From a virus (taxonomy: Duplodnaviria; Caudoviricetes), in the IMG/VR virus record IMGVR_UViG_3300009498_000011, positions 1 to 43,982 of that record: a DNA stretch of 43,982 nt. One strand, given 5' to 3'. The position numbers were made by a program, and so were the translations under genes. The notes beneath the pieces are model-generated. The model was given only the letters and a program-made list of their open reading frames with translations. It did no database searches and was not told the origin of the DNA. This document shows, in pieces, positions 27,801-37,500 of this stretch (positions are counted from its first letter, which is position 1; each line of letters starts with the position of its first letter).

Positions 27801-29650
27801 CACCATCTTGGGCGCACAACTACAAGATCGTATACGCTAAGAACACCACGGTAAAAGATTTTATACAGTACTCTGCGGGGGGTGCATTTATCGCTAGAGA
27901 CGAAGAAGAGCAATCAATCCAGGAGGGAAACACTAATTTATATGTTTCTTTAAATTACCTTCAGGGTCATCCCATATCCTATGCCTCTTCGTTTGGAGCT
28001 AGAACACCCATTGGAGGAATAAACTTTTATAAATTTGAAGAGGGCGACAAGTTAAGGGTAATTTCCTACGATGATGGAGGGCAAAGGGAATACCCCAAGA
28101 GCGTTGAGTTTGAGGTAGTCGGTCAGGTTATTTTGGGGAGTACAGAAAACCCGTTAGCTATAGAGCCAGAATCAAACCAAATGGGTGAGTTTGTAATACT
28201 CAAGAACAACCCCAGTGCGGGTAGATTTTCTTTTTCCGACGTGGCTGGGAGTACAGACTCTTGGGGCGACAACTGTATATTTGAGCTCAGAAGCCTATAC
28301 AAAACAAGAGAGGAGGACACGCGATTCTATTACGAGGTAAGCGACACGTTTGATGTCGTTCTTAACGCCGACGGAAACCTATCTCACGAAACTTATCCCG
28401 TTATCTTAACCAATGGGGATGTATTCTTTAGAAAGGTGGCCGTTAACTTAAGGGATCAGATTGGGGGGGTATTCCCAGATATAATAAGAGATGACGATGG
28501 TGAGTCAGATCCGTCAAAGGCAAACTTTAAGAGCGTGTATTTGGAAACAAATACAGCTACCGACCTGTACAGATCGGACGCAATTGGCATAGGGAGACCA
28601 AACCTCATAAGAGAAGAAGCCAGGGAAACCCTTAGGGAGTCTACAATAGTTTATTCTGATGTTAGTAACCCAGAGGGAAATAAGCTGAAGTACTCTTCCT
28701 TCAACTACACTGATTTCAACACAAAGGACCTTCCTGAAAAATACAACTCTATACAGTATCTCGGAGACGAAGGCCAGTACGTATACTGCCTTCAAGAGGA
28801 TAAACTCAGTAAGGTACCAGTAGATAGGAACATACTCTCTGACGCTTCTGGAACGCAAAGCCTGATAGCTTCCAAACAAGTGCTAGGTAATGCCGTGTTT
28901 TTTGATGGTCAATCGGGTTGTGACAAAGACCCTTCGTCTGTAATTGAGAATGACGGTAACGTGTATTTCGCCAATCAATCCATAGGTACTGTATATAGAT
29001 ATTCAAAAAACTCTTTAGAAACTATATCCAATAAAGGTGTTTCTTCGTTCTTTAGAAATCTCTTTAAGGAAGCAAGAAACAGCTTAGTTAGCGGGGAGGT
29101 TCTTAGGGTGGTTGGCGGTTTTGATCCAGTAAAGAAGGAGTATCTTCTTACGACTGTAGGTGTGAACTCTACTGAGGCTTCAGGTATAGTTTATGTTAGT
29201 GTGGGTATTACCACGGTGGTCCCAGGAGGCGGTACAGGTGGAGGTGGAGGTGGCGGTACAGGTGGAGGTGGCGGTACAGGTGGAGGTGGCGGTACAGGTG
29301 GAGGAACCACAAATATACTCGACAACTTTAACCTCGACAGTAATTACGACTTGATATTTAGGATCGTTCAGAACGGCGTGGCAGGATTTCAGGTGGCTCC
29401 GCTTTCGACTGCGGATGGGCAGTTGACAAACCAAGAGCTGCTGGATGTAGCTGAGGTGCTTGGGCTTTCGGGTCCAGGAAGTGGAGTCGTGAGCGCTGAC
29501 CTTAACCTTGATGGAATCGTCGGTACAGCCGACTTGCTTATTTTCCTTAACCAATATGGTCTTCCACCGCCTGAAACTGGCGCCGATCCAGAAGGGATAG
29601 CATTTGAGATAAACGGAGAAACAAACGGAGAAACAAACGGAGAAACATAA
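24887..29650 (+). CDS. Tail muzzle/stabilisation protein (P22 gp10-like), N-terminal part, ending in a Gly linker and dockerin-like motif
   Basis: DALNI, GVLKNIKGN, YFTDGVNEPRKIN, NRLFYGNY.DGYD, FGVVYYDQRGR, PPSWA..YK, GGFDPVKKEYLLT; then ADLNLDGIVGTADLLIFLNQYG. Confidence 0.8.
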   Translation: MPINKITPRQLSPDTDSKLVSSTLFLDALNIHAGDHEQGNEGVLKNIKGNSLISSYVDPTDSADVTEALPDDARLIGKVEDTRTGIVYLFVFSETAPNQGIWGYDPYNKLEGSAEGGNLRLIYKSAQFGFKPNGFVKANIVYTNASRTFSSLGEEFEKDAIIYFTDGVNEPRKINAYRAFNAKSLIHGGGNPKAEADFICACPKTPLKPITFLFEADTERLTNNFIGTQGFQFAYQHIYVDGMETAVSPYSDIAFPPSVLEQGASTYVDHNEYNTCRLIIPPSGPEVSDVRILCRQGNTGSFQVVEQIQAQSTTIEYLFYNDRLLTGFSDREINKQFDGVPRRATAQTVSSNRLFYGNYLDGYDDERITDAVVEVKYHERKEDFKSFNVKLQPSIAPNGAGKTAAFVVDCSQLQDEISEGTIIDIKIVLSPDRNWHVYNFDSSGSSYHQSTQVGPQDQESVNTVYNGANSLDFFQQTQAEAGAGFLYPNFPVFGSGTGLADGISWKEQTEGATFSDVNYGTSAGNPLIIQGGGVTFSAKLEVGLPGGITNGRTAIASAIKVVFGYEDTGNVSQGNPEVFQTLRQLALGNLGFTEIESVYEPEYSFNVGLTDGEIITQGVALQDDPSPDKSRLISLVRKHDSSATPLGAFILNKGTIKMKAFVADESYIYDNPLKAHIGFAVNSLTEPEFFTCIHETPPTTSSGATNSPAALSWVAIKQDTISLPEFDIDEFLSNKGYSFPNGFDNQNVGFEGASGTSNYINQIGYFQWIAEEDFFLESDNQCLMDGEGGPGGSAARGGAGSTNPYDVGYLYNHGSVTVNFTEVVDGNYNYSHTAFFGGTIALFPTFDILNDILSQLPLINIMTTFEADGIYPSPEPDSQDADLISTNSPNFKRLHPYVEVIAGFASIQPEGGGNYRSFKTNATHDFGVVYYDQRGRHGFVNPLPSAYVKGYGDRPAGSEGRAEVEIKLNNEPPSWAHNYKIVYAKNTTVKDFIQYSAGGAFIARDEEEQSIQEGNTNLYVSLNYLQGHPISYASSFGARTPIGGINFYKFEEGDKLRVISYDDGGQREYPKSVEFEVVGQVILGSTENPLAIEPESNQMGEFVILKNNPSAGRFSFSDVAGSTDSWGDNCIFELRSLYKTREEDTRFYYEVSDTFDVVLNADGNLSHETYPVILTNGDVFFRKVAVNLRDQIGGVFPDIIRDDDGESDPSKANFKSVYLETNTATDLYRSDAIGIGRPNLIREEARETLRESTIVYSDVSNPEGNKLKYSSFNYTDFNTKDLPEKYNSIQYLGDEGQYVYCLQEDKLSKVPVDRNILSDASGTQSLIASKQVLGNAVFFDGQSGCDKDPSSVIENDGNVYFANQSIGTVYRYSKNSLETISNKGVSSFFRNLFKEARNSLVSGEVLRVVGGFDPVKKEYLLTTVGVNSTEASGIVYVSVGITTVVPGGGTGGGGGGGTGGGGGTGGGGGTGGGTTNILDNFNLDSNYDLIFRIVQNGVAGFQVAPLSTADGQLTNQELLDVAEVLGLSGPGSGVVSADLNLDGIVGTADLLIFLNQYGLPPPETGADPEGIAFEINGETNGETNGET
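29228..29304 (+). repeat. 18-bp tandem repeat GGCGGTACAGGTGGAGGT, about 4 copies (Gly/Thr linker)
   Basis: Copies at 29228, 29252, 29270, 29288, with a 6-bp insert after the first. Confidence 0.9.
29611..29646 (+). repeat. 12-bp tandem repeat AAACGGAGAAAC x3 (NGET x3) before the stop codon
   Basis: Three exact copies read directly. Confidence 0.92.
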
Positions 29651-29656
29651 TAAACA

Positions 29657-30745
29657 ATGACTATAGCTTTCTCAGAAAAATACGGTTTTTGGACCACCAG
29701 GTACAGCTTCGAGCCTACTTGTTACGCCAGCGTAGACAACGATTTCTTGTCTTCCAAGGCGGGTCAGGGTGTATGGATTCATGATGATCCCGACGTAGAC
29801 AGGAACAGCTTTTATGGCGACGCATATGCATCGGAGATCCTTGTATCATCGAATCAAGACCCCTCTGCTGTAAAGTTTTATAAGTCGCTCTCTGTGGAGA
29901 CGAATGCAGAAAACATATCCGCTGAGGTTACTACAAACGAAGAGTATTCAGGGAAAGAAAATCAAGCAGGATCAGTAAGCTCCTTCGAAAATAGAGAGGG
30001 TTTCAAGTACTCTGACATGCCAAGAGATGCACAGAACTCATCGTCAAACATGTTTCAGTGTCCTAACATGCATGTTAGTTTTCTTGCGCCGCAAATCGGT
30101 GGACCCCCAGGCCCTTTTTACAACTTGCTTAACGATATGAATGAGGTGGTCGGGGATTTTGTCTTTGCCAATATGTACGTCCAGCAGCCTCTGAACGCTC
30201 CAGTTGGATCCGTTGTCCATTCCGTTGTAGGCGGAAATGTGGTTCCAGCGGATATGACTTTGTATTTTGATGGGCAAGCCCCAGATATAGAGCTTGGTGA
30301 GATATACGTTTATAAGTCTTCAGGCAACTATGTTCAACTCGCAATTAAATACGAGCTAGATGAAACTGTGACATCATCGCCTGCCGCTTATTTAAACCAA
30401 GCACTGCAAAGTGCTATTGGAATGGGCTTTTGGAACGTTGGTCTTGCGACAACAGGCAGCTCAGTAACGATAGAAGACGCGGTAGAGGCTTACCTTGCCT
30501 CCGATACCACTTCTACTTTATCCCTCCAGAACTTTAACCCTTTCAGAAATGTTGCTGGAGCGCAAACAGGAGAGGAGTACAAGATGTTAGGTGTAACTCT
30601 ATCCGTTCTTGATGGAGACCAGATGAGAGGGCCATACGCTAAAGTTAAAATTAACATATTAGACACAACACCTTTTGAGTTGCACGCAATTAACGTCGAT
30701 TACAGTTTTTCTAATCTGGACGCCCGTTTAACTCAAAACGCTTAA
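29657..30745 (+). CDS. Tail muzzle/stabilisation protein, separate C-terminal part
   Basis: Begins TIAFSE..GFWTTRYSF.P...W.HD...RNSFYG...N..PSAVKFYKSLSVE and ends MRGPYAKV...FELHAIN, motifs I recall from the C-terminus of single-chain crAss-like muzzles. Confidence 0.72.
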   Translation: MTIAFSEKYGFWTTRYSFEPTCYASVDNDFLSSKAGQGVWIHDDPDVDRNSFYGDAYASEILVSSNQDPSAVKFYKSLSVETNAENISAEVTTNEEYSGKENQAGSVSSFENREGFKYSDMPRDAQNSSSNMFQCPNMHVSFLAPQIGGPPGPFYNLLNDMNEVVGDFVFANMYVQQPLNAPVGSVVHSVVGGNVVPADMTLYFDGQAPDIELGEIYVYKSSGNYVQLAIKYELDETVTSSPAAYLNQALQSAIGMGFWNVGLATTGSSVTIEDAVEAYLASDTTSTLSLQNFNPFRNVAGAQTGEEYKMLGVTLSVLDGDQMRGPYAKVKINILDTTPFELHAINVDYSFSNLDARLTQNA

Positions 30746-30750
30746 ATTTG
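30743..30750 (+). promoter_or_regulatory. -7 box TAAATTTG for the cargo genes
   Basis: Overlaps the previous stop, 5 nt before ATG 30756. Confidence 0.6.
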
Positions 30751-30755
30751 CAAAC

Positions 30756-31640
30756 ATGAGCTTAACAGACGAACAACTTGCAAAAATTCAAGGCGGGATG
30801 CAGGGCGCCACAGGCATTGCTGGAGGAATTGCAGATATTATCTCTGCAAACAAGGCTATCGGCGATGCTGACAAAAACATAAAAACAGCCACAGATTCTG
30901 CTGGTCGGTCTAGAAAAGATATCCTTGGGTACGATTTTGAAACCGCCCAAGCGATTAGAAATCTGAAGACTCTTGGCATTCAGGAGCCAGACACTTCTTC
31001 TACCGATGCGTCACTAGCTACTCTTTTAGAGTCTGGTGCACCTCTTGACCCTTCTATGCTTTTAAAGGCTGCCACGAGTGAAAAACAAGGGCTTGAACAA
31101 AAGGCAATCGATAGAGAGATTGCAGCTGAAACCAACTACGCAAATTCAGTCAATCAGGCCAACTTGATGAATTATGGCAAGAACCTTAACGTCTATCAGA
31201 CTGACTACTCTGGAGCCTTATCGGACATTCAAAACGAGCGAATACGACAAGCAAACGCTGAAAACCAAAAAGTACAAGGAACGGCATCTATTGTTGGGGG
31301 TGTTGCTCAAGCCGCTACTCCGTTCTTAATGCCGCTAGGAAAAGATGGAGGAGCAGTAGAACAAATTCTTAGAAGGGGCGAGGTAGTAAAGACTAACGGG
31401 GAGTTTGACCACGACACTAACAAGAAGGCACTTATTGACGAAAAAACGGGAGAAAAAGAAGCCGAACTTACGGGAGGTGAGTTTGTCTTGAATCCTGAGC
31501 AAGGCGAGGCGATTTACGAATCGTATGCAGGTATTGAGCAAATGATTGAATCTGGCGACCAGCCATCTCAAGAACAGCTTATGATGCTCTACGAGGCCGT
31601 GCAGGCTGTCTTTAGTCAACCACAATTTAGCGAAGCGTAA
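30756..31640 (+). CDS. Putative cargo/ejection protein 1
   Basis: G/A-rich amphipathic segments (GATGIAGGIADII, ASIVGGVAQAA), coiled coil, KDGG...GEFDH...ELTGGEFVLNP motif. Confidence 0.62.
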   Translation: MSLTDEQLAKIQGGMQGATGIAGGIADIISANKAIGDADKNIKTATDSAGRSRKDILGYDFETAQAIRNLKTLGIQEPDTSSTDASLATLLESGAPLDPSMLLKAATSEKQGLEQKAIDREIAAETNYANSVNQANLMNYGKNLNVYQTDYSGALSDIQNERIRQANAENQKVQGTASIVGGVAQAATPFLMPLGKDGGAVEQILRRGEVVKTNGEFDHDTNKKALIDEKTGEKEAELTGGEFVLNPEQGEAIYESYAGIEQMIESGDQPSQEQLMMLYEAVQAVFSQPQFSEA

Positions 31641-34558
31641 TGGCAAACGGTTATACACCTGGATCTCTTGGGCCCACACCTGAAAGAAAGTCTTATTCTG
31701 AGTTGATAAACGAGCAAATGTCTGTTCTTGCTCAGAACACTCAAGCTGCTTTGCTTCGTAGCTCTCAAAAACGAGAGCTCGAAAATCAAAGGTTACTCGA
31801 CGCGCAAAACACTTTTAGCGGTCTGGACATAAGCGGTGTATACCCAGGAGATGCACAAGCCCTTGGAGGCTTTAAGAATGCTATACTTGAAAACATGAGC
31901 GGGGGTTATACCAACGTAAGTCAACTTAATGCCGATGCCAATACTTTCCGAAGGGATTTATTGGACGCTCAGTCCAGGTTCTCTATGGGCCAAAAAGGTG
32001 TAGAAAGCTACACCTCCAAATCAGGAAAAACAAACTTAGACGGCGCAAATTACGTTGTGTCTGAAACTGATTTAGATGATCTTACCACTTTTTATGGCAG
32101 TGGTTTGTTTCAAAGCGTGGATGGTGCTCCAGCGCTTAACGTATCTGGAGAGCCAGGAAGGTTGCAATTGACTGGAATCCCACTGGATCAAAACGGTGAA
32201 GTGATAAGCGAGGCACCTGTTTCTATCGGCGGACACCCGATTATGATGGAAACAGAAAGGCTGTTTGAGCCCCCCACGATGGCACCTCCAGCCGTGGACG
32301 ATAACATTAGGGATTTGGTTCTTGGCGGGCAGCTGAATGGAGTTTTTACTAATGTTGATCCCACATCGAATAAGTCAGCGCTTTACGGCGAATTGGGAGA
32401 AACAGTCTTCAAGCAAAATGGACTTCTTTTGGCTTACCGTCAAGAGTACTTGAGAAAAAACCCCAATTCAATAATCCCCAAAGACCCAAAAGAATGGACC
32501 GAGGAGATGTGGGCGGCAGCTGATTCTGGCATGACAGAAGATGCTTTGTTAGAGCGGTTTAGAGAAGCAGCGAGTTCAGCCAGGGTTTCTGCGGGCGTTG
32601 AAAGCAGTACTGAGCTTTCCTCGAACACGGCTGTTGGGAAGGACGGGAAGCCAGGCTTTAAGAAGGCCAAAAAGATGGCCACAGGGGTGTCTAACAACAA
32701 GGGGGAATCTATTGATGGGGAGTTACTTAGGATAGAGTTAATTGGGGAGGGAAGAACGGAAACTAATAAGGAAGGAAACCAAGAAACGGTTTACGGATAT
32801 AGGTTACATTTTTCGAGCGAAGACGGACAGTATAGAGCCGTGGATGTGCCACTCGATGATGCCGCACACAACGCAGCCAATTCTGTCTTTCAGAATCTTA
32901 GTATATCCGATAAATCCACTATCATGCAACAGGCTGGTATAAACCCAGACGCTGAAAAAAAAAATCCAACCGTAACTGACCCAGACGCAGAGGATACAGA
33001 CGCAGCCGCACAAAACCCAGCTGCTACAACCATTACAACTACAGGCGGAGGCCCTGACGTTCAGTCGATCACCCCAGACGAGCAACCTACCGAAGAGCAG
33101 CCCCCTGCGGATAAAGAAGAAGCAGCCCGTCAAACAACCTTGAAGTCAGAGTATGACGACCTTTTAAAAAACGCCAGGTCAGCCAGGGCACTTGACTTCA
33201 TTGGGGCTGGAAAGCCATATAGTAAATTTGTAAGATCTATACAAGGCATGCCTTTGTCTATGCAAAGAAAGCTGATACAGGAAAAGCTCAACTATGAGAC
33301 GTCTAATTACGCGCGTGGCAACCGACCTAAAGTCCTGCGAGACATGGTTAAAAAACTCGAAGCTATGGGGGTTGAGCCTGTAACCGACGAAGAGTTGGCT
33401 GAAACATACACCTCCATTGAAAAGCAGCTATCAGATATAAATTATAAGCTCAGCACAATGGATCCTCAGTCTTTGACCGTCCCACCATCAATGGTTGTTG
33501 CTGGCTTAAACCCAGTTACGCCTAATACAGAGTATAATGACCTCGTAGCCCGTAGAGAAGAACTAACAGGCGAAATGAAGCAATACGAAAATCTGTTTGG
33601 TGTTATGACTCCTGAGCCGACACCAACGGATCCTATCCGTTTGAAATCCGTCCAGCCTATCGAGGGGGCTCCTGTTGCTCCGCTTATTATTCAGGCTCCT
33701 ACAACCACTGACGTGATCCAAGAAACCATTAACGAAGTCGTCGACGGCGGAACTCTACCTGAAATTACATTCAATGCGCCAAGAAGGGAGGCAGTAAATG
33801 CAGCCACTAATGTAGCGCTTCAGCTTTTGAATGTGGACGAAAGAGATAACGTGGATGCAATTCGAACTATTATGGATGTTGCTGTTGGACCAGAGAAAGC
33901 CGACAGCCTTTTCCGCTCCCACAGGGAAGGAAATATTGCAGCTCTAAAAGAAGAGGGTAGAATCACTGACGACATGACCGAGACTCAGGTACAGGCCGCT
34001 CTAGACCAAGCAATCGAAGAGTATAGGGGGTACATGGGGAACGACACAGATTATGACCCTGCTCCGCATTGGTGTGCTGCGTTTGTTAGCTATATAATCA
34101 AGAACTCAACAGAGGGGCTTGATCCCAATTCAGATGAATACAGGGAGGTTGTTGCCGCGCTCGAAGAGTTTGAAACCGCGTTTGAAACTGACGATCCATA
34201 CGACAAGGTAAGAGCTCTCACCTTCTTGAATGTGGGGGAGTCAATTAATTTCAAGGACGAGAACGACAACCTTACTCTTGAGAACGCGAAAAAAGGCGAC
34301 ATCGTTGTCCTTAGTCGAGGTAAAGGCGGTCACGTAGGTTTCTTCTACGGCAATGAGATAGACCCGTCTACTGGTGTAGAGATGGTCTTGGTGTTTGGAG
34401 GAAACCAAAACGACGCGGTAAACATAAGCCGTTACCCAAAGAGAAGACTTGCAGGCGTTCAAAGAGTTTCCGCGAGCCTTCTTCCGCTGGAAGAGATGGA
34501 ACTTATCAGTAAAACAATGTCGTTGGTAGACGGCTCGGCAACTGCATCAGCAAACTAA
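31640..34558 (+). CDS. Putative cargo/ejection protein 2 with C-terminal CHAP-like (TIGR02594-type) peptidoglycan amidase
   Basis: PHWCAAFVSY...GDIVVLSRG.GGHVGFF...GGNQNDAV with Cys/His dyad intact. Confidence 0.75.
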   Translation: MANGYTPGSLGPTPERKSYSELINEQMSVLAQNTQAALLRSSQKRELENQRLLDAQNTFSGLDISGVYPGDAQALGGFKNAILENMSGGYTNVSQLNADANTFRRDLLDAQSRFSMGQKGVESYTSKSGKTNLDGANYVVSETDLDDLTTFYGSGLFQSVDGAPALNVSGEPGRLQLTGIPLDQNGEVISEAPVSIGGHPIMMETERLFEPPTMAPPAVDDNIRDLVLGGQLNGVFTNVDPTSNKSALYGELGETVFKQNGLLLAYRQEYLRKNPNSIIPKDPKEWTEEMWAAADSGMTEDALLERFREAASSARVSAGVESSTELSSNTAVGKDGKPGFKKAKKMATGVSNNKGESIDGELLRIELIGEGRTETNKEGNQETVYGYRLHFSSEDGQYRAVDVPLDDAAHNAANSVFQNLSISDKSTIMQQAGINPDAEKKNPTVTDPDAEDTDAAAQNPAATTITTTGGGPDVQSITPDEQPTEEQPPADKEEAARQTTLKSEYDDLLKNARSARALDFIGAGKPYSKFVRSIQGMPLSMQRKLIQEKLNYETSNYARGNRPKVLRDMVKKLEAMGVEPVTDEELAETYTSIEKQLSDINYKLSTMDPQSLTVPPSMVVAGLNPVTPNTEYNDLVARREELTGEMKQYENLFGVMTPEPTPTDPIRLKSVQPIEGAPVAPLIIQAPTTTDVIQETINEVVDGGTLPEITFNAPRREAVNAATNVALQLLNVDERDNVDAIRTIMDVAVGPEKADSLFRSHREGNIAALKEEGRITDDMTETQVQAALDQAIEEYRGYMGNDTDYDPAPHWCAAFVSYIIKNSTEGLDPNSDEYREVVAALEEFETAFETDDPYDKVRALTFLNVGESINFKDENDNLTLENAKKGDIVVLSRGKGGHVGFFYGNEIDPSTGVEMVLVFGGNQNDAVNISRYPKRRLAGVQRVSASLLPLEEMELISKTMSLVDGSATASAN

Positions 34559-34559
34559 T

Positions 34560-37500
34560 ATGGCAAACGGAGAAAACAATCCCACAGCAGAACAGCCGCA
34601 GGAAAATTCCTCGTGGACTAATCTTCAATCTCTTAATGCAGGGGTAAACAGGCTGTATAATGCGCCCTTGAGTTACACTCCTCTAATGATGCTTGACGAC
34701 GATGAGCGACCGTCATTAGACTTTTATGATGCTGAGATTGAAAAGATCGTTTCAAACGAACAGTACAACAAAGTAAGAGACGAAGGATCCCGCAGAGCGA
34801 TGGAGATGCTTATCAGACAAAGTGGCGCCGACTCAAAAGCCTTTTTTGAGCAGTACGAAAACCCTACCGCTCTTGAAGCTATTAAGTATTCAAACTTTGA
34901 CGGGTACAACGACAAGGAAGCTCGATACAAAAAAGATATATCTTCTGCGGATGGGTACAGAGAGATTATGAAAGGGGTGGATGAGGAGTATATGAGTAGA
35001 TATATATCTTCCTATCTGAGCCCAGAGGTGGCAACTGGTATCAATGAACTGATTCCCGACTACATAAAAGACAACAAGGAGAGACAAGCAGACTTTGAGG
35101 AGGCTTTCAGGCAGCAGTGGGGCGTAGGTCTAGACTTCAATGACAGCGGAAGGGTTAGCGACGTGAAGGCTGACACCTGGATAGGTGATTTCGCGAACTG
35201 GATAGGAAGAGACTTGCTTAACGATGTCCCTATTCTTATTGCAGATGGCGTCGCAAAACTTTCAAACACAGTCTATGATTTGTTCTCCGAAGGAGGATTA
35301 GAAGAAGCAGACAAAGAGTTTAGAGCGAAGGTTGATTCTGGAGAAGTCCCCACACTTGAAAGCTATCAAGCCAAAAAGCAAACTGGTGAGATTGGATTTT
35401 TGGAGGACTTCTTTTCCAACCCATACGGTAATGCGGCTTTCTACTCAACAGAAGCCAGAGAAATGTATCTTCAAAGTTCCTTGGCTCCAAGGAGAGACAT
35501 AGACTTTCAGAAGTTTATGGACAGGGATGACAGCGAATTTGGTGATGTTTGGTCGCTTGGGGTTGGCGAACTGATTAAGTCCGCGCCTCTTTTATTAGAT
35601 ATATATAGCGGTATGGGTGCATCAAAAGCCATATTGAAAAAAGCTGGTCAAAGAGCAATAGCCAAGAAGGTAGGCCAAAGAACAATAAAAGTAGGAAATA
35701 AAGGAAAAACAGCTACTCAGTATTTTGATCCTGCGAACCCTATGCGAACCCTCAAGAAGGATTACGCTAAAGAAATTTTAGAAAAAGGCACTCAAGTACA
35801 CAGACTTCTTGAGATGACCTCTGGGACGATACTTTCTAGCACTCTCGTTGCTGGACAACTGCACGCTGATCTTGTAGGTGAGGAGTGGTACGACAACCTT
35901 AGTTCGTCTGAAAGAGCTTGGTATTTAGCGAACCAGTCAGGAGCAGAAGTACTAAGTGGTATAATGTTAGGCAATGTAATGCAGGGGAAGAGCCTTCTTG
36001 GGAGGTTAGGCCAAAGCAAGGTGACTCAAAACATTGTTAAAAATCAGCGTAGTGCCATCATGGAGTGGGGAAAGCAAGCAGCAAAGAATGTAGTCTTCGG
36101 TATGACCGAGGAGGCACTTTCTGAGGCGGGGACAGCTGCTTGGCAATACGTAAACGAAGTCAATACTCGAATTAATAGCGGGGACAGAACGGCTTACTAC
36201 TCGAATGATGAGTTATGGAAGAGGACAAAAGCGGGCTTCATTGCTGGAGCGGTTATGGGTATTCCAGGCGGAGCTGTTGGTGGAGTTGTTGGTCCAGGTG
36301 GTGAAGCTTATATGGCAAGCTGGGCCAAGCGCAAGATAGAAGCCAACAAAAAGATGGCGGAGGCTATCGATCGGCTCAATAAAGCAAAAACCAAATCGGA
36401 GAAAAAGTCGGCCCTGCAAGCTCTTGAGCAGGAAATTCAAAACAACTCAGCCGTTTCAGGATCTATAGCTAGGGCTTACCACAGAATGAAAAAGGCAAAC
36501 CCTGAAGCGTTTAATTCGGTTGTTGAAATGCAAGGAAGGATTAATGTACTTGTTGAGAAATACAAGGAAGCAAAAACCCCTGAACAAAAAGACTCGATAA
36601 GGAATCAAATAAAGGCCCTAATTAGGGAGAAGCAAACTATTGAGAACGCTGCTTTTGAGGGGGACACCACATTCGATGACGTTGTAAAAGAAGAGGTTAA
36701 AAACACGACAAGTAAGCGCCGCAAAAAAGTAGCTGATGCTAAGCAAGCTATGGAGAGCGACCCTGATGTTTTGGCAGACAGGGCAATAAGACAAGAAGAA
36801 GACACTCAGAGAGCCTCTCTCGAAGCCGCTGAAAAAGCAAACTCTCCCGAACAAAATACAGACGACGACGCACAGGATCGGGAAGGTGAGACGCAGGAGG
36901 ATTCTGACGCCATAAACGAATCTCTAGAAGATGACAGCTTGGAAGGCGACGGGGACAATCAATTTAGCAACACTATAGAAGAAGGGACAGCCTCAGCTGC
37001 GGTAGCCAGTAAATACAGAGACATTGTTGGTACGGTTAACAACCTAATGAAAGCTTTTAAAAAGTTTGGAATTAAAGTTGTTATGCACAAGACATCAGAC
37101 AGTTACAGGAAGGCCACGGGTGGTGACTCAAGAGGCGTGTTTAGAGATAATGACGCAAGGACTATTCACTTCAATCTTGAGAAGATGTCCCAACCGACTA
37201 AACCTGAGGAGGAGGACATCTTCGGGGAATACAACACGCCTATTCACGAGTTTCTTCATTTGGCCTTGGTGACTGCTGATCTTGCCACTTTAAAAGAGTT
37301 TGAAGTTGAGCTAATGGCTTTAGCTCGTCAGGTGGGTATGGGGAAAAAGGCTAAAGAGATATTTGAAGCTGTAGAAAGAACTTATAAGGAAAAATACAAA
37401 GGCAAGGGTTCCAGTCGGAAAATGCTTGAAGAGCAGGTTGTAACAACAATAGAAAGACTGCTTGCAATTCTTCCAGAATCAAGAAAAGAAGGGTTCTTAA

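Noticed and set aside
29648-29659. Stop-codon readthrough joining the two in-frame muzzle ORFs
   Set aside because: Two consecutive TAA codons followed by an A-rich ATG favour independent initiation.
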